A stretch of 63,994 bases of DNA, filler included, from Dirinaria sp. TL-2023a (lineage: Eukaryota): the NCBI GenBank assembly GCA_051941275.1. It is 3 parts of 3 records of this genome, joined end to end, with 100 filler letters (N's around TTAATTAATTAA, not from the genome) between each part and the next. Parts side by side here need not be neighbours in the genome. Positions count along the whole stretch, not along the records: positions 22,370 to 44,621 come from JAVEBF010000230.1; positions 44,722 to 63,994 come from JAVEBF010000343.1; 1 more part is not named here. The stretch is one strand, 5' to 3'. Below are positions 36,774 through 48,756 of this stretch, one piece after another; positions within the stretch are counted from its first letter, which is position 1; each line of letters opens with the position of its first letter. The notes under the pieces were generated by a model, which saw only the letters and a list, made by a program, of their open reading frames with translations, made no database searches and had not been told where the DNA came from. A program made the position numbers and the translations under genes.

Positions 36774-38481
36774 ATGGCTACCAAGGACGAGGTCTTCGAT
36801 TCTGAGCTCAAAGAAGATGCCGTGCTCGAAAGCTTGGGCTACAAGCAGGAGCTCAAGCGATCCTTTGGCCTATTGGGCATGCTAGGCTTCAGCTTCAGCA
36901 TCGTAACAAGTTGGAGCGCCCTCGGAGGAGTCTTGATTGTTGGCGTTCTATCTGGAGGGCCGCCCGTCATGATATGGTCCTGGATTGGTATCAGCATATT
37001 CTCCCTTGCTGTCGCGTACTCCATGGCGGAAATTTGCTCGTGTTATCCTTTGGCCGGTGGACAATACTCATGGGTTGCGATACTCGCACCTCCAAGTGTC
37101 GCAAGAGGCCTAAGTTGGATTACAGGGTGGTTCATGATCGTCGGTATGGGCTATCTTGGGTCTCCTGACCGTTGAATGCTAAATCATATTCCATTCTGCC
37201 AGGAATTCTTGCCATGGGTGCGACGAATAACTTCATTGGAGCCAACTTCATCCTGGGGCAGGCTAACCTATCTTTTCCTGCGTACACTATTGAGCGCTGG
37301 CACACTGTCCTTGTGGCGTATTTGATCGCTTTCATCAGTACAGCCATCAATATCTACGGACCGCATCTATTGGACAAAATTTCTCGTGCTGCGATTTCCT
37401 GGAACATTCTCTCTTTCGTTGTCATCATTATAGTCCTGTTGGCTTGTAATGATCACAAACAATCCGCACATTTCGTATTCAAAGATTTCCAGAATTTTAC
37501 TGGCTTTGGCACGGCGTATGCCGCCATCCTTGGACTTTTGCAAAGCTCCTTCGGCATGTGTTGCTACGATGCCCCCGCCCATATGTGTGAAGACATGAAG
37601 AAACCGTCAACACAGGCGCCAAAGGCGATTGTCTGGTCGGTGTACATTGGTGCCGTGACTGGCTTCATTTTCCTTATTACTGCTACTTTCTGTATTGGCG
37701 ATATCGCGGCTACAGCAGAATCGTCAACAGGTGTCCCTCTCATCGAGATTTTCTACAACTCCACAGGTTCTGTTGCGGGGACCTGTGTTTTGTCCTCGAT
37801 GATAGTCGTTATAGACATTATCTGCGCCAACGCTCTACTCGCAGAAGGATCGAGAAGCCTGTATGCCTTTGCGCGCGACCACGGTCTGCCGTTTTCTGGG
37901 CTCTTTGCGAAGGTGGACCCGAAGCGACAAGTGCCAGTCTTTGCCATACTTCTGACTTGTCTTGTTCAAATTGCCTTGAACTCCATCTACTTTGGGACAT
38001 TGACAGGCTTCGACACCGTCATTTCAATTGCTACTGAAGGCTTCTGTATGCAGTTCAGTCCATACTTTGATTTATTTCCGGACTAACGTGGTTGTCAGAT
38101 CTTTCTTACGCAATGCTTTTGCTGGTCCGAATCATGGCATACTTCTCCGGACGAATGCGTGTGATCCCAGGCCCGTACACGCTAGGGCGCTATAGCGTCT
38201 GGCTTAACATTCTAGGCCTTTTGTTTTTGGTTTTCACCTCCATCACCTTTAACTTCCCCACAGTCAACCCAGTCGATCGAGAGAACATGAATTACACCAG
38301 TGCTGCCATTGGTGTGATCGCGTTGATAAGTATCGTGACCTGGGTAACCACAGGCAGAAAGCATTATTCTGGGCCGCAAGTTGCAGCCATAGATGCAGCT
38401 CCGGGCCAGCCGCAGGCCATGCACGGTCAGGAGCACTGGCATCTAAGTGATGATTATCATGATGGCCAGTCGAAGCAGTAG
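36774..38481 (+). CDS. APC superfamily amino acid/choline/GABA-type (ACT family) permease, 2 introns
   Basis: LESLGYKQELKRSFG, GGPPVMIWSW, SMAEICSCYPLAGGQYSWV, YDAPAHMCED, SRSLYAFARDHGLPFS, ENMNYTS. Confidence 0.9.
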
Positions 38482-40101
38482 CCGCAAAGCTACCTTGAAA
38501 AGCTTACACTAGTACTTTGGCGCAATAAACCGCGCTTGCTTTTCGCTGGAGTGGTCCAATCAACAAGCTACAATCTAGCCAATTGTTGGAAACCATTGGA
38601 TCATTCCCACTGCTATCGTGGCCCCAGAAGTGATCCAGCCGGCGCTCATTTGGCGCAGCGAGGGCAGAATATCCAAGCCTGACTGCTGATCTACATCCGT
38701 ACCTTGTTCAAATTGGGTCGATACTTGCGCAGCATCAAATATATATATAGCACGCTTTATACTGACTAATCTTTGCCCATGCCTCAATGGTCTGGGAAAT
38801 AAAATCAAGCCAAATCACACTCGTTCCACAGGGTACAGATCTGCAGGGGCTTACAGCTGCTGAAAGTCTTCCTGCACACCGTAGTCGTTCAACAAGAAGT
38901 CGAAACTTCACAACTAAGTGCTCACCTTCGCGTCAATGAACACTTTGCATTACATTAGTCTTTACATCTATCTGTTTAGGAATATACATCTCGAACGTGT
39001 GTGCGAATTCTCGATCCCGATTGCTGTTAGCACGCATCATCATTTTCAGCTTTATGTCAAGCCTCGCACGTATTCAAACAATCCACATCTCCATAGGTAG
39101 TATTCCAATCCAGTTGCCAATTTTCTCAAAATAGTGCTCCAGCTATTGCACGTCTTGATAGTCTGCCTAGGTTTGCAAACATGAAGTATTAATTCCGTCT
39201 CGACTACTATCTCGTAGTTCGTGCTGTGCTAGGCAATCTATCTTCTCTGTAGTGACAGGAGTCGGTTCCACGATCACGGGTGCTATGCGATTGAATGTAC
39301 CAGTATCGCATACCGCCTATCTGCTTACTAATTACCTTACGAAGAATCGATTCCAAAGTCGATTCTACTCAAGTACGAGTAAAGTATGAATGAGCTCTTC
39401 GTACGGGAACTAAATTTTGATTCCATCTTAGGAATTGAGTTTGCGCTTCCATTTCCTTAATTTTGGAAAACGATCCCACGATTCCCACCACAGTGTTAAC
39501 TTTTTCCCACTAGCTCTTCCATCCTTCTATGGAGATCATTTGCACCGCATGTCATCATTTTTCCGGACCATTAAGTATTAAATGAGCTTTATAATTGACA
39601 AAAACTTTTCTATATCTTGAGAACCGATATTTATTCATGGATGTTAGTCACTGTTGAAGTCATGTTTATTGAATTTCCACCGTTGGTGTTGGCGTCCGCC
39701 ATTGCCACTTGCAAGTCGTTCAAATTTGTAGGTAAAAACGGACCACTTCGAAGATGCGTACGAGGCATATCTTTGGGCGCCCTCGATGGCGGTATGGAGA
39801 AGTTCGGTCCATGATTGCACTCGTGAACGCTAAACTGTGATGGTAAATTCTACGAGGTAAAGTACCTTATCTCAAGCTTCGGTGCTAGAGTGCTGCTAAC
39901 GCAATTCAACAGTAGCCGAAAGCCTACTCGAGTCAACGCCCAGAATGCTGCATGAGCTAGACGTCGTACTGAGAATGTCGAGTCCCATCTCTCAGGTATA
40001 TTTAAGCTATCCAAGGCCTCTATTGATGTATTGTGAAATCCTAATCTCCTCTGATCTTCCTCCAACATAGATAGCCTTGACTCAATTTCTAAAATAGGGT
40101 A

Positions 40102-43100
40102 ATGATGATGGAGCAGCAACTCAAGCTCATTTGGTCTCAAGTATTAGATCGCCCGCCGTCCGACGTACATGATGATTCCAACTTCTTCAAGTCTGGGGGC
40201 GATTCGGTGATGGTAATCAAATTGGTTGGATTGGCAAATGAATCGAACATCAAGCTGGATGCGCAAACCGTATTCGAGAATCCTGTCTTTCGCGAGCTCG
40301 TGAAGAGGTGTCGAACATTTTCGGACGTCAAGCCTGAAGCTACCAGCCTCCAAAAGAGCATCAGCTTGATGAAATCATCCAAAATTCTCAATACAGGCCT
40401 TGTTCAATGTTGTGTGCCCCCAAACATGGTTGAGGATATAATACCTTGTTCACCATCACAGCAGGGTATGATGGAAGCCTCTCATGAATACGGCGCTTGG
40501 CTTGTGATCGGTGCTGTTGAGCTGCGAAAGGAAAACGAAGAGCGAGTTCGGGAAGCCTTCGAGGTCTTGCGGCAAAAGAACCCGATCTTCAGGACTAGAA
40601 TTATACAGCACGGAGTTGATCTATATCAGGTGATTCTCAAGGATAAGATCGAATGGCATGAGGAGCATACGGACCTGAGATCCTACATCTCCAGGGATTT
40701 GGCTCGTCGCATCTGTTACGGGGATGCATTGTGCAGGTATGCCATCGTTCGCGATGGGGCCAAATCATTTCTCGTGTTGACGCAGGTATGTATGCGTGTA
40801 AAAACCCCTCTAAGGTTAAAATCGTGTCCTTTTCCCTCTCTGATAAGCATTGTGTTTAGTCGCACGCCGCCCAGGATCGATGGACGCAGATGCTCTTCCA
40901 TCATGATCTCAGAGAATACGTTCGCGATCCGGCCGCTTTCCTCCAAAAACCAGACCGACCACCGTACAGCAAGTTCATCTCCTACATTTCTCCACTGGAA
41001 GCCGAAGGCGTGGCCTTCTGGCGCACAAAACTCCGAGGTCTTCGTCGTTATGATCTTTTTTTCAAGCCCGCGTCCCAGCCTATGCTCTTCCAGAGCAGGT
41101 CGACAATGAAGAAGGTCATAAGATACAACAAACCTCTAAACACGTCCATCACGTATTCAACCATCGTACATGTCGCGTGGGCATTGATGGTTGCCAATTT
41201 TGCACAGCACGATGACATCTTCTATTGCTCATCCCGAAGTTGTCGCCAGATGGCCATGCCAGGCGTTGAATCCGTCATGGGGCCTCTGTTGGCTGGAGTC
41301 CCTGTCCGGATACACCTGCACGGAAAGCAGTGCCTGTCGGAACTGCTACTCGAAACCCAAAATGACGATGTAAAGGCAGCGCGCTATGAGACTTTTGGTT
41401 TACAAGCAATGCTCGAACATTTCAAGCACAAAAAATTTCCACAGTGTGCCATTATACCTGAGTCTTTCCCTCGACACTCGTTCAATGAGGCTGTGTATCC
41501 CGGTGAGGCCGATGCAGAGAAGGACTGGCTAGGAAGTCCATACAGAGGCTTGAATGGCCAATACGGAATGTTTGTGGTGATGACCCTTGACGGCGATCTT
41601 CTGGACGTAGCCTCGTGTTGGGACCCTAGCTATATCGACTTTAAGCCAGTAGAGTTGTTGCTTGACCAATTTGGGGAGATGCTTGGCCGCGTCTTGAGCA
41701 GCTGTGAGTAGCGAAAAAAGGCGAACAAAGACCGTGCTTACAAGGCAAGTAGTGTCACGGAAAGAAGCCAGGATCGATGAATTCTGCCCCCATCTGAAAT
41801 TGTCCTCTTCGGCCAACATTCGAAGTTTCGAAGACGGAGATGCCAAAACGACACCTAGATCTTCTAATCCACCGCGATTCCCAGAGGAGATGGCTGGGAG
41901 AGGCACTTTGTCTAATGTTTTCGCCTCGAAAGTGCGCGGTTCCCAGGCAGTTATAATACCAACGCAACCCAATAGATCATTCACTTACGAACAATTGCAC
42001 GAACACGTTGCAAGCTTCCAGCAGGACTTGAGAGGTGAGTCAGAGCTCATCTTCCGCTACGACGGACCGTTCAAACAAACCAAAAAAAAAGAAAGGAAAA
42101 AAAAAAAAAAAAATTGGCAACTGCATACAATTTCATATCACATAGACAAAGAAAACATGCTGATGAGTCGCAGCACTGGGGATATCAAAGGGTTCCGTCG
42201 TCTCGTTAGCACTACGAAATTCGTATGAATTTGTTGTTGCGTTCCTCGCGACAACATGGCAACGAGCAGTCGCTGCGCCGCTGAACCCCGACTACAAGCA
42301 GCAAGAGTTCGAGTTCTACTTCCAAGATGCAGCTACTTCCCTGGTGTTGGTTCCTAGGGAATCTCTTCAACAAGACAGTGCTGCAGTAAGAGCGGGTAAA
42401 GAGCGTGGCGCGACCATTGCTGAGTGTTTCTGGGACGGTCAAAAAGTTGTCCTTGATGTGCAGCAGGAAAAACCGTCTTTCGCACTAGAAGAAAATGGGA
42501 TTGCCGTGAATGCGGAGAAAAACGATGTTGCGCTATTGCTGCACACAAGTGGCACCACAGGCAAACCTAAAGCAGTATGATACAGAATAGCGCCGCTACA
42601 CTAGCGGTACCAGATGCTGAAAAATAAACAGGTACCTCTAACTCACGGAAACTTGACCAGATCCATGGGTGAGTGCTTCTCTGTTTCCGTTGCTTGCGAG
42701 CCCTTTGATCTGATAAAATATAGAAAATATTTGTGCCACCTACGCTCTCGGGCCTGCAGATCGTACAATGCTGATCATGCCGCTGTTCCATGTCCACGGC
42801 CTGCTCGCCTCATTTTTAGCACCTCTTTGCTCCGGCGGCGCAATCATACTGCCAACCCGCCTCGATCCTTTGTTCTGGCAGCACATCGTCAAACATAACG
42901 CGACCTGGTACACCGCCACACCGACAATGCATCGGCTGATTCTCCAGTTCCCACCTCCGGATGCACTTCCGGAGATCCGCTTCATCCGTTCGTGTTCGTC
43001 CCAACTACCTCCGTCCCTGTTCAACGCACTTGAAAAAAAGTTCAGAGCACCGGTATTGGAGTCCTACGCAATGACCGAGGCGAGTCATTTAGTCACCTCG

Positions 43101-43787
43101 AACCTGCTTCCCCCTGGAAAAAGGCTGGCAGGGTGCGTCGGCCGTGCAGCGCCGGGTGTAGAACTCAGGATCCTTGACGACAACGACAACCCCGTACCGC
43201 AAGGCACCGAAGGCGAGGTGTGTATCCGGGGGGAGAACGTGATGAAGGGGTACCTCGACAACCCGTCCGCCAACGCGTCTTCGTTCACTAGACAGACGAA
43301 CTACTTCCGCACCGGCGATCAGGGCAAGTTGGACCACGACGGCTATCTAACGCTCACCGGTCGCATCAAGGAGCTGATCAACAAGGGTGGTGAAAAAATC
43401 TCGCCGGTCGAGCTGGATAATACCATCGGTCAACATGAATCGGTCGAGGAGGTCGTGACGTTCGCCATCGACGATGAGATGTACGGGCAGGATGTAGGTT
43501 GCGCAATCAAGACGAAGAAAGGCGACGCTCGATTGGGAAAGCTGGAATTGAAGGACTGGCTCAGGGAGAGAATTGCAGCGCATAAAATACCGAAAGAGGT
43601 GAGTGAGAAGGAAACTTTGCGCTTTGAACCTTTGATGATGAAAATGGTTCCCTCCCTTCTTTTCTTTTGCTAACGTGATCGCTAGATATGGTTCGTAGAC
43701 GCGATTCCGAAGACGGCGACAGGCAAAGTCCAGCGCAAGGTCGTTGCAGAAGCGATGGTGAAATCAACCATCAATTCTCGGCTTTAG
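40102..43787 (+). CDS. NRPS-like protein with T-C-(oxalate-CoA-ligase-like A) order and C-terminal PTS1 SRL (about 1074 aa if spliced as one gene)
   Basis: Exons 40102-40785, 40860-41703, 41753-42034, 42174-42574, 42632-42668, 42724-43598, 43686-43787 give one open frame. T: NFFKSGGDSV. C: EDIIPCSPSQQGM, IFRTRI, SHAAQDRW, GPLLAGVPVR. Ligase: APLNPDYK..EFEFY, HTSGTTGKPK, PLFHVHG, RFIRSCSS, YAMTEASH, FRTGD, PKTATGKVQR..SRL*. Confidence 0.78.
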
Positions 43788-43941
43788 ACTGTGTTTCCAA
43801 AAAAGAAAAAGAAAAAAAAAAAAGCTACCTGTTGAATTAATAAGCCCCCAGAATTGAAAAAATCTGCGCGAGAAATCTTATTTTAGCCATCAATTAAAAC
43901 TACCTTTGAATTCGAAGAGCTACTGAGGATTATCACTGACG

Positions 43942-44621
43942 ATGGGGCCCGCGATTCACACTGACCGTCGCGGTGAGATGGACGCGATCGGCGCGACGTC
44001 GACAAGTGAACGAGACATCATCGAGGCGTCTTCGCAGAGAAGGATATCAGAATCGGACGAAATATTGAATGAGATAAATAAGATTGTGAGGCTTTATGAG
44101 TCTAAGGGAATCAATGTCAGCGAAATGATGTCGATGACTGAACTGCACAATCTGTTCGACATGATTCGCGCAAAGACGCGTTAGAGCGAAGTCGCAACTA
44201 TCTCGATCACACAAAATGATAGCGGCGCGATGATTGCGCGACTTGAGAAGATGATCAGCAGACTTGAAAAAGCTGTACAAAAGAAGAAACACGTGCAGAA
44301 AAAGAGCAATTGAGCGAAGATAACGATCATGAGCACCGCGAGCGCACAGAGAACAACACGCGTCAACGTTACTGCTACATCGTCGAAGCGTCAGCTGAGC
44401 AGAAAACTGAAAATTGTGATCTGAATCAAAGAAGACGCGGAAGCGAAAAGAGTACAGAAAATGAGTGCAGCAGAGATGATCGCACTGACACAAGAGCTCA
44501 ACAGCGTCAACACGCTGTCGACGCGCAAGAGTATACTGAGAATTCGAAGATTCAAGAGCATGATAGTTTTTCGCGTCGACTCGAAGACTGTCAGAAAAAC
44601 GCTGAAATCGAGCGATCATTG
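43942..44621 (+). mobile_element. Hypermutated transposon relic, probably a LINE ORF1 (gag-like) fragment, cut off by the gap
   Basis: One reading frame runs from 43942 to the gap, broken only by isolated TAG/TGA codons (compatible with mutated TGG). It has a coiled coil (MIARLEKMISRLEKAV) and strong GG/CC depletion. Confidence 0.55.
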
Positions 44622-44721
44622 NNNNNNNNNNNNNNNNNNNNNNNNNNNNNNNNNNNNNNNNNNNNTTAATTAATTAANNNNNNNNNNNNNNNNNNNNNNN
44701 NNNNNNNNNNNNNNNNNNNNN
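44622..44721. other. Assembly gap / artificial contig linker
   Basis: Same 100-nt N + TTAATTAATTAA block as at 22270. Confidence 0.97.
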
Positions 44722-45446
44722 TTTTTTTTTTTTTTTTTTTTTTTTTTTTTTCTGGGACATTGGATAGGTAGCATGATACCCCGAACGGAGCATAGGTTTT
44801 CTACATTCAGTTGATGATCTTGACACTCTCGCGAACGTTCCATCTCATGCGCAGATAACCTGTTGTTATCGAATCCTAAGCCTCTAAATTTGCCTCCCGA
44901 GTGAAAAAAAGCGCAGGCAGTGGTTTGAGGCAACAAAATTTCAAGACTACAGTACAGTACTACTGATAAAATTGCTACTCTTTATGACAGCAGATTAGAT
45001 CTATCGGCAGCGGCTCTCCATTCTTCATTATTGACTCCCGTAATCCCATTTCCTCTAGATCTCAGGCGCTGGGCCATATCTAGAAGGGTTGGGATCTCGC
45101 TATGCTTAATCTCGTCCCTCAAAGGGGCCGACTCATCAACCCTCGAATTGTGTCAATGGGACGGTTTTTTCCAGGTACAAATTTCAGAGAAAGTTTTTTG
45201 TCAATGGTCAAAAGGTATCTTACAAGGTGATTGATGTAGAAGAGGCAGGCGGAACATGAAAATGAGGAATTATTCTAGCTATTATTATTTCGAGACAGCG
45301 AATGAGCAGTTGCAGTAACTGCTAGAGCGATGTAGCCCTGGAACGCTAGTTCTGGGATCCAGCTGAGACAGTAAGGTACATGGAAAGGGACAGAATTGGG
45401 AGGACCTGCTTAACGGCATCATGCTCCATCCCGCAAGCCTAGTATT

Positions 45447-47525
45447 TTAATGGTGCTCATGATGATGGTGCGTCCAGCGTCTCTTCGGGCCTCGCTCACG
45501 CTCACTCGGAGCCTGAGCAGGTGGCGCGCCCCAAAGCCCGCCATTGTTCGGTGGACCTTCGTTCTCTCCCTCCGTCGCTAGCTTCGGCGCTGGTTTTGCA
45601 GTCGGCTCTGTCGTATTTATGTCCCTGGTCGTAAGTGATTCACGTAATGGTGACTCTTTATGCACCGGTTTTGGCTCCGCTGCAGGTTGTGAAGCGGCAG
45701 TTGCAGGCTTGCTCCACAGACCAGAGGACGGAGCGGGGACGGGTTTACTCCACAGGCCATTGGATCGAGGTGTGGCGGCGCTCGCGCTGCGTTGAAGTGC
45801 GGATGCACCGTTAAAGCCTTCGGACTCGGGTGTAAAGCCTCCATCTACTGAACTGAAAGATGAGCTGGTAGAAGCGAGTGAGGCAGATCGGTACCGCTCT
45901 GGTATATGAGACGACGATATGCTAGTGGATCGCCGACTTGGAGTTGTGGATCCGCCTCTGAGGTGTTCAGTGGAGGCCATGATTTTAACTTCGTAGTCTT
46001 CCGATATTCCGACGTAAATGGAGGACCTTCGCCGCCGTGAGGTAGGTGAGTTTGGCTCTGGAGAGCGAGGTTTCATGCTATTCATATTCGGTCTGCGGAC
46101 TGCCATGGTTAAAGAAGCCATGCCTGCATCTAACAATACCGGCTGGTTCGTCAAGGCGCCGATAAGAGCGTTACACCCAGCAGAATGAGTTACCAGCACC
46201 AAGACAGTGTCAATATCTTCATCAGTCTCGTTATCGAGCGATGAAAAATCGGCTTGGCCTTCATCAATAGCAACCGATGACCTTGTATTGGCCTGCTGAT
46301 ACCACAAGATCATCTGTTGCAAGCCGCGCCGGAAGCGCCTGTGCATCGAGATCCACTCCTCACCAAACTGGCCTCCATCCGGCCACTGCTGGGGTGGGCG
46401 CACGCTGTCCCATTTGTAGTCAATGTCCAAGCAAGCCTCTTTTGCATGGGATACATATCCTAATGGAATAGGAGCTGAGGGAGAAATAGCGTAAGATGGA
46501 ATAGGTGATACGTAGCCATCAGCACTACTAGCGCTTTCCAGATCCTTTAGAGGACCTTGAAATGATCGATGAGCTAGACTTCCAGCGCTGCTATGGCTGC
46601 TTGATCTATTAAGCCGCGGCAGGCTGCGATTCAAGCCCGACATCCGTGTCAAAGGTCCCTCGCTATCATTCTGAGTAGACGTAATCGCGTCTATCGAGCC
46701 TCCTCCCCACCCTCCTGGGAAATTTCCAGAAGCAGCCTTCTTTGGACTGTTCGCCTGGTTTCCGTGAGGCTTTTCCTTTAGCAGGTTTGCTTTCGCTCCC
46801 GCTATCATCATAACTGAATCTGGAGGATGGGTTATGTCCTCAAAATAGCCCGGGGAAAGCCACTCTCCTAGGAAAGCATCTATGCGCATACAGGGCTTTG
46901 GGTACTCTTTCGGGTTTCCCTCGATACTTGGCGAGTATTGATCTTCGAACTCTTCTGGCTCCGAAATCGCTGACAGCACAGGGGAGTTCAAGTGGTCCAT
47001 GGCCCTAATATGTGGAGAGCCCGAGTGCATGGCATGTGGAGCATGGGTGGGGTTAGACTTCCCATTCGCGTTGCCAGCAGCCCTTAAGGACGCTTGTGTC
47101 TCGACAAGGCCAGCGCTCAGTGCAACTGAGGTCTGCAGACAGCGTAAGAAGGGAGAACTGTGTATGATAACACGGTGCTTCCGGTGTTCTAGGCTCTGCA
47201 CTCCATGCCCGCCATGGCCATCTGAATTCCGGCCGTATCCATCCAAAGGGTTGATGGTTGAGTGTTTTAAGGCTGCAGGTGGTAATTCCGCTGCTACTTC
47301 CCTACTGTGTATGATGTTGGCGATACGGGCGCCAAGAGCATGAGATTGCCTCCATCCACCGTAAGTCAACGGAGGATCGTAAGGCGTAGGTGAAGTAAGA
47401 TGCCATTGCTTGTCTGCCGCGTCTAAACGTGCACCGTGCCTGGTACCAAGTCAGCACAGGTTTAAGCTCTTGGTCTTTGGGAGCACAAACCTCGCAACAA
47501 TAATTACCGCTGGAGGCTTCCCCAT
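45447..47525 (-). CDS. Histidine phosphatase (phosphoglycerate mutase-like) family protein, 1 intron
   Basis: MGKPPAVIIVA|RHGARLDAADKQWHLTSPTPYDPPLT, HSSPFLRCLQT, DAFLGEW, VLVLVTHSAGCNALIG. Confidence 0.88.
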
Positions 47526-48756
47526 CGTATCTTGGAGGAATAAGTAACCTCGGGCGCAAGAGGATCACCTGGCAGGGTTTTCAGATGTGCAAGATTAGGG
47601 AATGAAGACTGGCTTGTTGAGATGCAATTCTCCGAGACTGCTCCAACTTCCTCGTAAGGTTGAGGAGGTTTTAATGCAAGTGGGTTGCTATCATCCGCGA
47701 TGCTCGACCAGGATCCGCTTCAACACGGCAATCGAAGTAGCAGCCTCAGGCGTAGAGGCCATGGCTCCGTTAACCTGGTACACTGTGATGCCAGGCATGG
47801 GCTGCAAGTAGCTGGGGTTGTTTCAGGTGTAAGGTACAGTGGTACTTGGAAGGCTGGATGCTTGCTTGACCTTGTACCCAAGAATGTCGAGTCCGCAGTA
47901 GTCGCTCTTTCCAGTCACGAAAGTCCTCAGGGAAATGGTCTGTCTACGGTACTTATGGCTGTTCTGTGTGCGCGGAGCCGCCCCCGCAAAAATGGCGCAA
48001 TGAAATGAAGTTGCGCCTAAGGTAGCCTAATGTACCTATGAGTACCTAGGGTACCGTGGGTATGTACCCGGTAAGGTACCCTAGGAGCTTAAGGTACCTA
48101 ATGTGCGCCTGCCTCGCCCGTACAGTCCCCGGAACTTTGGATTTGCCTGGCCGTGCTCAGCCATCACGTTTTCCCCTCTTGGACTTGTTCCCTGCATCAA
48201 CCGCTGAACGGTACATGCCCGACTCTTGTTTCTGTCTTTCCATTCCATCCAAATTGAACCTCGGGGAAGCATTGGTGACCCACATGAAAGTTGATATAAA
48301 GTCGCCCAACATCGCGCTAGCAGCCCTACTATCTCATGCTTTTGCAGGGTGCTAATTTCAATTTCAATAACGAACTCGTTGCAACCATATGACGGAGGGC
48401 CAATTACCAACGAAGAGCCATTATTGATTCGGCAAACCCTTGAAGCTATCGCAGCCAATCCAAGGGTATCGAAATAGCGATCATGATCATGCATCAAGGT
48501 GCCGACAGGCACAGCCAAGCCAGATCGGCATTGATTCTTGCCAAAGCGGAGGATATGGCTGACCCTGACGCTACGGCAGCAACAGCAGGTACCTATCATT
48601 ACCTTGAAAACATAGGTGACAAGAACGTGGAAGTCGAATATGGTCGAAGCCTATAAGATCTTATGCTATAATACATTCTCGTAGCCCTGTTCTAGTAGGC
48701 TTCAATGCCTTCATTAAGCATTACATTCCCTGCACTTCAATAATGAAGTCATAACG

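Noticed and set aside
42080..42115. Poly-Lys segment in ORF 41704-42228
   Set aside because: It is the poly-A tract inside intron 42035-42173 and is not coding.
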